Below are positions 24,975 to 37,340 of a stretch of 64,000 bases of DNA, piece after piece. A program made the translations under genes and the position numbers. The stretch's first letter is position 1; each line of letters opens with the position of its first letter. Below the pieces are notes generated by a model. It had not been told where the DNA came from, made no database searches, and saw nothing but the letters and a program-made list of their open reading frames with translations. Location: positions 183,646,001 to 183,710,000 of the forward strand of contig NC_086097.1 in the NCBI RefSeq assembly GCF_963921235.1, in the 5' to 3' direction. Source of the stretch: Mobula hypostoma (taxonomy: Eukaryota).

Positions 24975-27900
24975 ATGGTGATTATTTTACAATGGAATGC
25001 AAGGAGCTTACTGGCCAATAGCCAGGAATTCAAGCACTTTATTAAAGAAATGGTTGTAAAACCAGATGTAGTGTGTATTCAGGAAACTTGGTTGAAACCA
25101 ACTTTAGACTTTGTGGTATATGGGTATACAATGATGAGGAAAGATAGAAATCTAGGGGGAGGAGGGGGTTGTGCTATGTTAGTCAAGCAAGGTATACCAT
25201 ATAGGGTACTGGAAAAAGGAGATGATCAGGAATACATAGTGGTGGAAGTGTGGGAGAGAGGGGAGGGAGTGGTTATAATTAACTACTACAATCCATGTAA
25301 AAGGTTGGATTTGGACAGCCTATTAAAGATACAAGGACAAAACAGACATAAAGTAGTGTGGTATGCAGATTTCAATGCTCATAGCACAATATGGGGGGAT
25401 CAGATTACAGATCCAAATGGAAAGGTAATTGAAGATTTGATGGAAGAAAGGGATTTGGTGTGTATGAATGATGGTAGCAGCACAAGGATAGATATAACAA
25501 CAGGAACTGAGTCAGTGTTAGATATTATGTTAGTGTCTAATACCTTGGCTGGCATTAGTAACTGGGGAGTTTGGACTGCTTCAACAGTAGGCAGTGATCA
25601 CTACTCAGTTTTGTGTTCGGTGGGTGAAAGAGTTGAAGTAAGACCAAGTGGTGGAACCCCAAAGTGGGTGTTTGAAAAAGCTGATTGGGGTAAGTTCCAG
25701 AAGTTGAGTGAAGAAGGGTTGACAAAGATTGATATTTCTGGAAATGTAGATGAATTAAACAGTCAGGTGACTTCAGCAATTATCATGGCAGCAGAAGGAT
25801 CTATACCTAGGAGTAATAATAGGATGAATAGAAAACTGGTACCATGGTGGACAGAGGAATGTTGTCAGGCTGTAAAATGGAGCATTCAGGCTAGTTAGAA
25901 GAACCCATAATATGCAGCATTTGGTTCAATATAAGAAAGCACAGTTAGTGGTGAGAAGAACTATACGTCAAGCTAAAAAGGCAAGTTGGAGGAGTTTTTG
26001 TGACAAGGTAGGAAGAACAACTGTGGGAGAGATATGGGGAATGATTAAGAGGATGGGAGGAGATAGAAGGGAATGGGAATAGCCAGTAATGATATCTGAG
26101 GAGGAAACTGCAGTCTCCAGTAGGGATAAGGCTGAGGTCATGGCCAAGTCATTTGTACTGATACACAATTCAGAAAATTTATCTGAAGGGAAAGAATAAT
26201 GAGCCAACACCCAGGTGTGTTAAGCAGGAGGGAAGGAACAGATGATATAATTGATGATCCATTTACATTAGCAGAAATGGTGAGGGCAATAAAGAGATCG
26301 AGACCAACCTCCCCAGGGAAAGATCTGATATGCTCTGTGATGCTAAAAAATCTAGGAGAAGGAGCGCTCTTGAAGTTGCTGCATTTTTATAACACTGTGG
26401 GAGGAGGGAAGATTACCAAGTGCATGGAAAGAAGCAGTAGTAATTCCAATAAGGAAGGCTGGCAAGGATCTGTCAAAACCCACTAGCTACAGACCAATTG
26501 CATTAACATCAAGTATATGTAAGATAATGGAAAGGATGATAACAAAAGGTTATCATATGAGCTTGAGAAAAGGGGAATGCTGGCAAGTTATCAGAGTGGT
26601 TTTAGAAAGGGAAGGAATTCCATGGACTCAGTGATTATGTTAGAGACTGAAATAAGGAAGGCCCAGGCAAATAGAGAGTCAGTAGTGGCAGTGTTCTTTG
26701 ACATTGAAAAAGCCTATGATATGATGTGGAAGGAAGGATTATTAATTAAACTGCACAAGATGGGGGTTGGTGGGAGAGTTTTTAATTGGATTAAAGATTT
26801 TGTTTGGGAGAAAAATTCAAGAATTCAAGATTGGATCAGAATTATCAAAACAGTACATAGTGGAAAATGGCACACCTCAAGGTAGTGTGATTAGCCCGTT
26901 ACTTTTCATCATTATGATCAATGATGTCTTCACAAAGGTACCAGTGGATATAGGTAGGTCACTGTTTGCAGATGATGGGGCCGTGTGGAAAAGAGGCAGG
27001 AACATGGACCATATAATCAGGAAACTACAAGAAGCAATTGATGAATTGGTGGAGTGGGGTTATGATTGGGGATGTAGATTTTCAGTAGATAAAACTCAAA
27101 CTGTATTTTTTACCAGGAAAAGGGTTGAGGTAGGGAAGAAGTTAAGAATGTATGGGGTTGAATTAGAAAGGGTTGCATCATTTAAATTTCTGGGAGTTAT
27201 ATTTGATTCACGATTAACATGGGCAGACCATATCAGGAAAGTTGAGGAGAAATGTAAAAAAGTAATACATGTGATGAGATGTTTGACTGGTAGGGAATTG
27301 GGAGCAAGTTGTTCAGCTTTGAAGAGAATGTATGTGGCTTTAGTGAGATCTGTATTGGATGATGGAAATATAGTATATGGATCAGCAGCTAGGTCTCTTA
27401 TAAGGAAACTGGATGTGATTCAGGCTCAGGCCTTGAGAGTGTGCAGTGGGGCTTTTAAAACGTCACCAGTGTCAGCCCTACAGGTAGAAATGGGAATAAT
27501 GCCTTTGGAACTAAGAAGGATGCAACTGATGGCAAACTACTGGGCTAATTTGCAGGGGCACAATGATTCTCACCCTACTAAAGGAGTGTTGCAGGAGTGC
27601 TGGGAAAATGGGAGGTTTTGGAGGGATACCTTTAGTCGGGTAGGGAATGATATTGCAAAAGAATGTGAAGTATTTGATCTGAGGATAAGTCCTTCAGTAG
27701 TTTATCCGGTTGTAGCTCCATGGAAGCTTGTATGGCCAGACATAGACTGGCATTCATTAGAAGAAAAAGGAAAGAAAGATATAAAACAGATTTGGTAAAT
27801 GCATTTAACTGTCATGTGATGGAAAAGTATGGTGATTATACTCACATTTATACGGATGGTGCGAAGGAACCTGAAACAGGAGTGACAGGGTTTGGGGTGT

Positions 27901-28690
27901 AATACCAGCAAAAGAAATTGGAATCAGCAGAAGAACATCTAATAAGTTAGGGGTGTTTACAGTGGAGATGCTGGCAGTGTTGGTTGCGTTGCAATGGGTG
28001 CAGAAAGCCAGACAAGCCAAAGCATTGATATGTTCAGATTCATCCTCAGTTCTAGCAAGTTTAAGGTCTTTTCACACAAACAGTCGGCAAAATGTACTTT
28101 ATGAAGTCCTTCAGTTAGTTACAAGAATTGCAAATCAGGGAGGTCAGGTAAAATTTCTATGGGTTCCAGCACATGTAGGGGTGAAGGGGAATGAGAGGGT
28201 GGATGAGTTGGCAAAGAGGGCGTTAAAGAAAGAAAATGTGGAAATGCACATTAGTATCAGTAAAGCAGAGGTTAAGTGTGTAATCTGGGGAAAAAGTCAA
28301 CTGAATGTGGCAAGAAAGATGGGAAAGGGAGGTATTTATATCAAATACAAAAGTGTGTTGCAGTTACTAGGGTAGGTAACGGAAACAGAAGAGAGGAAAT
28401 TGTGTGGACTAGGTTAAGGCTGGGGCACTGTGCATTAAACAAAACATTGAAAATGATAGGGAAACACCAGACAGGATTGTGTGAGGAATGTCAGGAAGAG
28501 AAGTCAGTAGAACATGTAGTTTTGTGTTGCAGGAAGTATGGGATACAGAGAGATGATGAGAAATAAATTAAGGGAGTTGGGGATGCAGGAATTCACATTA
28601 AAAGGGTTGCTGGGCATGGGTGAGAGAGCACAAGTCTGGGTATTTTTAGTGTTTTTAAGGGGTACAGAGGTTTTATAGAATATGATGAAT
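24975..28690 (+). pseudogene. Nimb ORF2: APE endonuclease, RT, RNase H, C-terminal CCHC (disrupted)
   Basis: ILQWNARSL, IQETWL, DFNAHS, SDHY; QSGFRKGR, FFDIEKAYD, GTPQGSVISPLLF, FADD; IYTDG, SDSSS, WVPAHVGVKGNERVD. Confidence 0.93.
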
Positions 28691-28805
28691 AAATATATTT
28701 GGGTGAAGGGATTTAGAATGTATGTCCAGTGCACATTCTGGAGCAGAGGATGGTGGTAATGCACCATTAAGCTGGATGCCAACCGCTGTAAAACAAGATA
28801 GACAG

Positions 28806-29112
28806 GCATCCTCTGCCAGTTTGTCCCAGTTCTGACCTGTGTCCTTCCAGCTTGTCATTGTGACTTCTGCCAACCGATTTTGCTTGATTCTGTGTTTTGG
28901 ACTGCCTGCTCTTGGATCTGATTTTTGCCTGTGTGCTGGATTGTCTGCCCTTGCCTGACTGCCTTTCCTGGTAAGACCTCTTCCTGCCATTTGGATTCGT
29001 GCCTGCCTTCTGTTTTTGAAAGACTATTGCCTTTGTGCTCCCTAATAATCCTGGTGAAATGGTATTCATTGGTCTGCACTTGAGTCCCACCGAAACCCAA
29101 CAGAACCTGATA
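28806..29112 (+). repeat. 3' LTR of chromovirus, right part
   Basis: Matches 18199-18512; ends CCTGATA, followed by TSD GTTAA. Confidence 0.92.
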
Positions 29113-29847
29113 GTTAACTAAAATCAGTTACTCAAAAAATACTAATTGCCTTCATAGCTGCATATTTCCAGTCAAATGAATGGATTTTCTCTCCATCAGT
29201 TCTGGTCTGCCTTGGGGTCAGCTGATAGATCCCCAGTGAGCAACAGATTTGCTGCAACTTCAGTATAAGCTGAAGAATCACCATTGAAGTATTACCCACA
29301 GGTTTGGAACTTCCATATCTATGTGGGAATCCTGAACAATAATTGTCTGTATTGCTGGCATTTCCTACTGTGCAAGAAGGGACTTGTACTTAGTTACTGG
29401 AATTATGATGGAAAAGTAAGGGGGGGGGGAGAGTGAGACATTAATTAATGGAAGTGATTTTTATTTTTTCACTGAAGTTTCTGAAAATTTGTGAAAGGAA
29501 GATTTGCATGTCCAACACACTTTAACTTGAATGAAGTACTTTTCAAGTATAGTCACAGTTTCAAAATAAAGAAATGTGGCAGGTGATTTGTAAGGTCTAA
29601 TTAACACCATTGAGATATTGATTAGTTAACCAGGTAAAATTTGGGGATGGAATTGGAGAGGCCCAGAGTGGCTGATTCTAAAAAAAGCATTACTGAAATT
29701 GTGTATTGGAGAGAGTTTTCAGCCTTGGTTTTAACATTCACATGGTTTTAATTATTCACATTGATTATGGGTGTTCTTTGATGCTATTCCTTATACTAAC
29801 CACACCATTGTCCTGTTATTTCTGGCAGGACTGAAGAACTACATTCA

Positions 29848-30307
29848 GGGGGAGTCCAGGACAAGAGGGCACAGCCTCAGGATAGAGGGATGGTGGGGAA
29901 GTCTAGGACAGGAGGGTGTAGCCTCGGGATGGAGCTTCGGTGGGGGAGTCTAGTAGAAGAGGGCACAGCCTCGGGATAGAGGGACAGTGAGGGAGTTTAG
30001 GACAGGAGGGAGTAGCCTCAGGATAGAGCTTTGGTGGGGAAATCTAGTAGAAGAGGGCACAGCCTTGGGATAGAGGGATGGTGGGTAAGTCTAGAAAAGC
30101 AGAGCCTCAGGATAGAGGGATGGTGGGGAAGTCTAGGACAGGAGGGTGTAGCTTCGGGATGAGCTTTGGTGGGGAAGTCTGGTAGAACATGGCACAGCCT
30201 CACGAGAGAGGGACAGTGAGGGAATCCAGTTGAAAAGGGCACAGCCTCTGGAAAGTAGGACAGTGGGGGAATCTAGGACAAGAGAGCACAACCTCAGGAT
30301 AGAGGGA
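29848..30307 (+). repeat. Minisatellite, about 10 units of ~42-48 bp, derived from the CR1 ORF2 end
   Basis: The unit GTGGGGAAGTCTAGGACAAGAGGGCACAGCCTCAGGATAGAGGGA matches CR1 at ~12118-12163. The last unit continues into normal CR1 sequence to ~30421. Confidence 0.85.
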
Positions 30308-30544
30308 CATCCATTTAAAGCAGAGATGCAGAGAAATTTCTTTAGTCAGCCAGAGAGTGGTGAATTTGTGGAATTGGTTACCAAAGGCAGCTGTGGAGGC
30401 CAGGTCATTGGGTGTATTTAACATAGAAACATAGAATCCTATCGAAGTCAAATTATGCCTAATTTCAGTGGAACTTATTTCATATTTAATTCCCTCACCC
30501 TTTCTGAGGATGTTGTTTCACAGTTCCAGGCACCAGTACTCCAA

Positions 30545-32195
30545 AGACCATAAGACACAGGAGCAGAATTTTGCCATTCAGCCCATCAATTCTGTTCCAC
30601 CATTCCATCATATCCCCCTTGGCTCCACTCTCCTGCCGCCTTCCTGTAACCTTTCATTAGCCTCCGCTTTAAATATACTCGATGATTTGGCCTCCACAGT
30701 CATCTGTGACACAGATTCACTGCCCTCTGGCAAAAGAAATTCCTCCTCATCTGTTCTAAATCCCCACTGTAGAAAACATTCCCTCCACATCCACAACTTT
30801 GATAGGCTTCAAAGTAGGTTTAGTATCAAAGTACATACAGTATATGTCACTATATACAAAACCAGAGATGCATTTTTGCAGGCATTTACAAGAAATACAA
30901 TACACTGCATTGAATGTCCAAAAGACAAAAAAAAAACTGTGCCAATACAAAGAAAGAGAAAAAGATACTAGCAATAAATATTAAGAAATAACTATCAACA
31001 GCATGTGATGAAGAGTCCTTAAAAGTGAGTCTATAGAAAGTGGGAACAGTTCAGTGATGGGGTATGTAAAGTTGAATGAAGTTATCCCTCTGGTTTGACA
31101 GCCTGATGGTTGAGAGGTAATAACTGTTCCTGAACCTGGTAGTGAGTCCTGAAGCTCCTGTACCTTCCTGATGCGAGCAGAAAGAAGACAGCATGACGTG
31201 GGTGGTGGAGTTCTTGATGATGGATGCTGTTTTCCAGTAACATGCTCTGTGTAGATATGCTCACTGGTGGGGAGGGCTTTAACCGTGAGGGTCTGGGCCA
31301 TATTCACTTTTTTTGTAGGCTTTTCTATTCAAGGGCATTGATGTTTCCATGCCAGGCCATGATGCAATCAGTAAATATACTCTCCACCACACATCTATAG
31401 AAGTTTGGCAAAGTTTGAGATAAGGTGCTGAATTTTCACAAACTTCTACGAAAACCGAGATGCTGCCACGCTCCTTTGTAACGGCACTTACGTACTGCAC
31501 CCAGAGCAGATTGTTTGACGTAATGACACCAACCTATTTAAATTTGATGGCCCTCTCCACCACAGAACCTCCAACGAGGACTAGCTCATAGACCTCCAAT
31601 GAGATCCCTCCTCATTCTTCTAAACTCCCAGAGTCATGAAATGCTCCTCATATGTTAACCCTTTCATTCCCTCAATCATTCTCACTAACTTCCTCTGGAC
31701 TGTGTCCAATGCCTACACATCTTTTAGATAAGGGGCCCAAAATTGCTCAAAATAGAGTAAATGTAATTTGGCTAATGCATCATAAAGCCCTAACGTTATA
31801 TCACTTGTTTTTATATTCTAGTCTTCTCAATGAGTGCTAATACTTCATTTGCCTTCCTCACCACTGACTCAACCTTCAAGTTTATCTTCAGCGAATCCTG
31901 CATAAGGACTTCCAAGTCCCTTACACATCTGATTTTTGAATTGTCCCCATTTAGAAAATAGCCTATATCTTTATTCCTTCTACACTTTTCCACTGTCACA
32001 CTTGATTGGTCCTGTTCTCTCACATCTTATCCTCTTGCTCTTCACATGCTTGTAGAATGCCTTGGGGGTTTTCCTAAATCCTCATCAAGGCCTTCTCATG
32101 GCCCCTTCTGGCTCTCCTAATTTCATCCTTAAGCTCCTTCCTGCTAGCCTTATAATCTTCTAGATCTCTATCATTACCTAGTTTTTTGAACCTTT
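30545..32195 (-). mobile_element. CR1 3' fragments (minus) split by a Rex1/Babar 3' fragment (~30807-31590)
   Basis: CR1 tail GACCATAAGAC at ~30545; CR1 ORF2 VESVVRKANEVLA at 31811-32023; the intervening segment resembles the other Rex1/Babar 3' regions. Confidence 0.65.
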
Positions 32196-32849
32196 CAAGG
32201 CAGGGATTTAAGGCAGAGATTGATAGGTTCTTGACTGGACACTGCATCAAAGGTAATGGGGAGAAGGCTGGGGTATGGAGTTGAGGGGGAAGAAAGGATC
32301 AGCCGTGATTAAATGACAGAGCAGACTCTGGGCCAAATGGGTAATTCTGCTCCTGTGTCTGATGATCTTATAGGATCACTAAGCTCTGTCCACTACTGTT
32401 TAGTGTGCATGTGGTCTTGCATTACAGAATCTATAGCTGAAGTTGACTTTGGCTTGGTATATGCATTCCTTATTGAAACAATGATCACCTGACTTGATCA
32501 TTGTAATGAGATGAGACACTATGAAGTTACAGATTGTGGTACTGCTGATCCATAGCACTCCATAGATGTCAACTATTGAGCTGTCTGCTCTATTCTGAAT
32601 ATATCCCATCTTGTTAAGGTAAACTCAATGAGAAGTGGGGTATTTGTGTATTGTATATAATTGAACAAGTATTCATTTTGTATTGGCACAACAAAGAAGT
32701 AAATGCATCTGTGATTCTGGAAAAGCTTTCCTCCGATGAAAGGGTTTTAGTTCCCAAAACTGTCGCCTCATTTCTGGCTTGGTTTTCTCAAGCAATTGTC
32801 AATGATTTAGAACATAAAAGCTCAGTGAAGTCTCCTGCTGACTCATGAC

Positions 32850-33170
32850 TGTACTGTCAGATGCAATTCAAAACACCAAGTTCACTGATGCAACAGTGGT
32901 TGGCTTTGTTGACGACAAAGATGAGTGGGTATACAGAGAGGAGTTAGAGAGGCTTGTCAAATAGTGTGAGAACAACTTGAGTCGCAACATGAACAAGCCA
33001 AAAGAGATGTTTGTGGACAACTGTTCCCCTTTGCGCATCAATGGCTCTTCTGTGGAGAGAGTGAAATTCCTTTGTGCCCATAACAGATGATCTAACCTGG
33101 ACCCACAACATGTCCTCATTAGTCAAGAAGCCAAGACAGCATCTACACTTTCTAAGGAGACTGAGGTGAA
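32850..33170 (+). mobile_element. Rex1/Babar LINE RT fragment
   Basis: KFTDATVVG, YREELERLV, NMNKPKEMFVD, KKPRQHLHFLRRL. Confidence 0.6.
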
Positions 33171-33662
33171 TTTACAGCATCTGCAAAATCTTGCATTTAT
33201 CAAAATGAGTGCTACTTGAATATGTGTGGATTTTTGGAAATAATAAAAACCCTGCTTTGGACTTATAAGAAATAATTTCCATTGGAAAGTTTCAATTACA
33301 AAGAGAATACCCCAGAAATTTAGGTGTGCACCAGCAAGCAGTCAGGAATTACCATTTTATGGTCTGCTGTTGATAAAGCATGGACACAGAAACTGTTTTC
33401 CCAGTGGGAAAAGTGCAGTTTTCCATGTCAGTAACATGCTACTAAAATAAAATGTACTGTAAGTAAAATGTTGTAGCAATTCATAGAAGCTGACAAGCTC
33501 TGCTCACCATAATACATTTTTGCTTTTCTACTGTCTCTAAAATTGTCGGTCACAGCTGAAATGTACAGAATTAGTGGATCCAAAAAGTGGCTCATTGTCT
33601 TCAGCTCAGGGCAGGTTGAAATGGGCAACATAAAGTAACATGTATCCAATAAAGGAATAAAA

Positions 33663-33869
33663 TAGAGTGAGAAACAAACTGCTGGAGGAACTTAGCTGTT
33701 CAGGCAAATTCTGTGCAGGAATATAGACAGTTCATGTTTCTCCAGTACAGATGAAGGATCTCTATCCAATTGTAAGCTGTCCATCTGCCTGCACCACCCT
33801 ACCCACTGAGTAACTACAGCAGTTTATTTTTTGATCCAGATTTCACCATCTGCAGTCTATTGTGTCTCT
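33663..33869 (+). mobile_element. Older fold-back Penelope-derived element
   Basis: Starts CTGCTGGAGGAACTTAG and ends CTGAGTAACTACAGCAG...CATCTGCAGTC, the same layout as 2180-2405. Possible TSD GAATAAAA (33655-33662, 33870-33877). Confidence 0.55.
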
Positions 33870-34293
33870 GAATAAAACTGGTAATTCAGCTCTTATTAAG
33901 CAAAGTTTACATCAGTAAAGCACTGGTGAGGTTGGAGCTAGTGGCCTGGATTTTATGGTCAGATGTGAAGTGAGAATACTTGTAGACTGCAAAGGCATTG
34001 CCATGTCTTTAGGGCAGGCTTCCCCTTTCCTGACAGCAAGAGCACACAGAATCAGGTTTAATATTACTGGCACATGTGAAATTTGATGTTTTATGGCAGC
34101 AGTTGCATTGTATTATGTAATTTAAAAAGAACTATAAATTATAATACCTTATACTTTATTGTCGCCAAACAATAATACTAGAACGTACAATCATCACAGT
34201 GATATTTGATTCTGTGCTTCATAATAAGAAATATATTTGAAAAATAAATAAGTACTGCAAATAGAGGGCAAAAAATAGTGAGGGAATGTACAT

Positions 34294-35017
34294 CAGCGGT
34301 CCCCAACCACCGGGCCGCGGACCGGTACCGAGCCGCAAAGCATATGCTACTGGGCCACGAGGAAAGATATGATTTGGCGATCTGAAATGATATGAGTTAG
34401 CTGCACCTTTCCTCATTCCCTGCTATGCCCACTGTTGGAACTTGAACGCACGTGAGATCATTACCCATGTGTCATCCATGTCAGTGTGAGAAGATGATCA
34501 ACTCCTCGAGTTTGCAAATGATGGTGGGCTGAAAAGTATTTGACATAACATCTCTGCCAGCATTCTGGATCAAAGTCAAGGCTGAATATCCTGAGATAGC
34601 CATGAAAGCATTGAAAATGTTGCTTCCATTTCCAACATTATATCTCTTCTGCAATGAATGCAACAAAAACTAAATTGTGGAATAGATTGAACACAAGGAA
34701 CCCCCTTCAAGTATCGCTGTCTCCCATCGTCCCTCGAGGGGACCGTCTTGTTGCAGGGAAACAAGTCCAGGGCTCCCACTGATTCAGCGATATTGGTGTG
34801 TTGCAATGATTTTATATGTTCATACGGGGAAAATATGTGCAGTGTTTAATATTAAATTCGTTAGATAAACCCTTTTAGAAACAAAATTGAGTGTATTAGC
34901 CACTTATAAGTGACTTAGTTGACTTACCACCTATATTCCGGTCGTGATTAATACCACCCCCCCCCCCCCCCCACCGGCTGGCTGGTCTGCAGTGCAAAAA
35001 AAGGTTGGGAACCCCTG
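34294..35017 (+). mobile_element. hAT-Charlie-like non-autonomous DNA transposon inserted in a Rex1/Babar tail
   Basis: TIRs CAGCGGTCCCCAACC / GGTTGGGAACCCCTG; 8-bp TSD ATGTACAT / GTGTACAT; internal transposase C-terminal remnant SLPAFWIKVKAEYPEIAMKALKMLLPFPTLYL at ~34551-34646. Confidence 0.9.
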
Positions 35018-35229
35018 GTGTACATGGCTCATTGTCAATTCAGAAATCTGATGGTGGAGGGGAAGAAATTTTTCCTGAAACATTGAGTGTGTGTCTTCAG
35101 GCTCCTGTACTTACTCCTTTAGCAAATATTTTAAGTATTCACAATGTGAATTTTCCTATTTTATAATACATAAAACAATGTTTAAATTGCAGCTGTACAC
35201 CATACCTGTGTCAGTATAGGAAGTATATA

Positions 35230-36020
35230 GAACATAGAAGAGTACAACACAAAAACAGGCCATCTGGCCCACAACATTGTGCCAAACTAATGAAATTAAT
35301 AATCAAATACTTAACAAAACTAATCCCTTCTGTGTACAAAATGTCCATCTTCTTCCATTTCTTGAACATTCATAAGCCTCTTGAATGCCTCTATTGATTG
35401 TATTTGCCTCCACCACCACCCCTGGCAGTACATTCCATGCACCCATCACTCGTGTGAAAACTTTGTCCTATATATCTCCCTACATCCACCCCCCACCGTA
35501 AATGCATGCCCTCTGGTCTTACACCTTTCAACTCCACAGATATTGACTATCTATATGCATACCCGAGGCCTGCCGACGGTTGGAATTGACCATGGATGTT
35601 GTGTCCCAGCTATCTACATGCTACACAAGCAGTATGCAAACCAGGGCAGAATGACACAGAGAGCAAGCAGCAGGCTCCCCATCTCCATGCAGCCGGTGAA
35701 TCCAAAGGAACGGCAGAGACCGAAACGGTTTGGCTCCAGCGGCGTCACAGGAGTTGCCAGTCAGCATTGTACTCAACGTAGTACTTCCTTAGGGACTCCA
35801 GCTCCAGATTTTTTGTCGGGAACTCCTGAGGCCTTCCCCATGAGTGGGTATAACCACAAGGCAGCAGAGGTTTGAGATCTGAGTTTTCCTTCTCCTGGAT
35901 GAGTTGCCAACCGTGGCTGACGAGCCCCATCTACCCCAATATATATTTCTCATGCCTCTTATAATCATAGAAACCTCTATCAGATCTCCCCTCAGCCTCC
36001 ACCGCTCCAGACAGAACTGC
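35230..36020 (-). mobile_element. CR1 3' fragment interrupted by an unrelated ~370-bp repeat (~35560-35935)
   Basis: CR1 tail GAACATAGAAGAGTACAACAC at the left; CR1 resumes at ATGCCTCTTATAATC near 35952. The insert family is not confidently identified. Confidence 0.55.
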
Positions 36021-37090
36021 CAGCAATCATTGTGGAGTTATGATGCTATGGATGGTATAATTAGGGAGAACTAAAATGAGAAACATTCTTCAGAAAGGAA
36101 ACCCTGTAAAAAATCTAACTTCCAACCGATACTTGGCTTATGAAACCACTCAGTGAATGTAGGATATTTTCTGTCCCATTGAAACCACGCATGGAAAGTC
36201 AGATGAATGTTAAGGCATTGTTAATAGTACATCGCTGCCACTTAAAGCACAGTTCAGGACAGATCTGTTTTGTCACTTCATGTTCTGGTTTGACTCGATA
36301 GGCTGAAGGGCATGTTTCACTACTGCATTTCTCTATTTCTCTGTTGTATATTCATGGCACCACCCTTAAACCCTGGAACAAAAAGGTACGCTTTCACAGG
36401 GAGGGGGAGAAGCCGTTTTTTATGTGTTGTGAACAAGTTTCAAACTTTGGGGTAATAGAGTTTTAAATGAAAGGGAATACAAAGACATCATGAGTTAATT
36501 AGCAAAGAAGTGGGAGATCATAGAGTACATACACACTCTTAGATTTTAAGTATGTACTGTTTTCTTTTTATCCTCCCTTGTCCTTTTGCTTAATATGGGA
36601 ATTAGTGTTGAGGGAGAAGTTATACATATCTGTCAGAATGGTATCTGTTTAGGTCAGACAATGACTGGTCGAGAATCCTGGCAACCTCAGTGCTGATTAC
36701 CTAAAATCCATAAACCCTTCACCCCTGGGAGAAGCAGAGAACTTGGTCTGAGCTACCCACAATTAACGTCGCTTATGGGAATGCAGAATTCTGGAGTGAG
36801 CTCAAAGAAATGATTGAAATTCTCCAGATGCACCCAAAACATATCCACATGTTGGTGAAAACTAAAAGCCTGAGGAATATGTGGGACTGTATGGTCCAGG
36901 GAGTGCAGGGTGCTACATGGGCAGCTTGTGGGAATGCCAGTAAAGAGGGGCGATAACACTACTTTAAGGGGAAGTGAGGCAGCAAAGGGGGGGGGGTAGA
37001 TGAGAGTGACTAACGTCACTGATTCAGAAAGCTGATCACTCTGCTGTGGATTATGAGGGCATAAATATGGAATATGTGAGTACGTGAGTA

Positions 37091-37340
37091 TGTCATGTTT
37101 TTTAACTTCAAAACATTAAACTAATTCAAAGAAAGACATGAGATTCTGGGACTGCAAATCTACCTTTGTGTTTACTTTAAGCGAGGTGCGTATCATGTGG
37201 TAGCGTTGATGACATATGGAATTCACATATTTATGCATATAACTTGTTATGAATTATTTAAAAGAACTAGAATGCTTAATCAACCTATATTTATATATAC
37301 AAAAGTACTCAATTATTGCTTAAATATTAAATACACAACA
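37091..37340 (-). repeat. 3' LTR (250 bp)
   Basis: TG...CA termini (TGTCATG...ACACAACA); aligns to 41030-41252. Confidence 0.85.

Larger units (their letters stand above)
23542..28805 (+). mobile_element. Nimb/I-clade LINE, apparently full length, decayed
   Basis: 5'UTR, gag-like ORF1, ORF2 with APE-RT-RNase H-CCHC, tail ...AAACAAGATAGACAG. The whole tandem insertion is flanked by a 14-bp TSD GCATCCTCTGCCAG (23048-23061, 28806-28819). Confidence 0.93.
17977..29112 (+). mobile_element. Full-length decayed Gypsy chromovirus (Sushi-type) LTR retrotransposon; 3' LTR interrupted by Nimb LINEs
   Basis: Two LTRs, 5-bp TSD GTTAA (17972-17976, 29113-29117), purine tract GAGGGGGG at 22811, and gag-PR-RT-RH-IN-chromodomain order. 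Confidence 0.95.

Noticed and set aside
29848..30307. CRISPR-like array
   Set aside because: Units are contiguous with no unique spacers, derive from CR1 and lie in eukaryotic DNA with no cas genes.
36356..36366. PBS-like TGGCACC following CA, upstream of the gag-like remnant
   Set aside because: The preceding DNA is a CR1-like tail rather than an LTR, and the tRNA match is too short.
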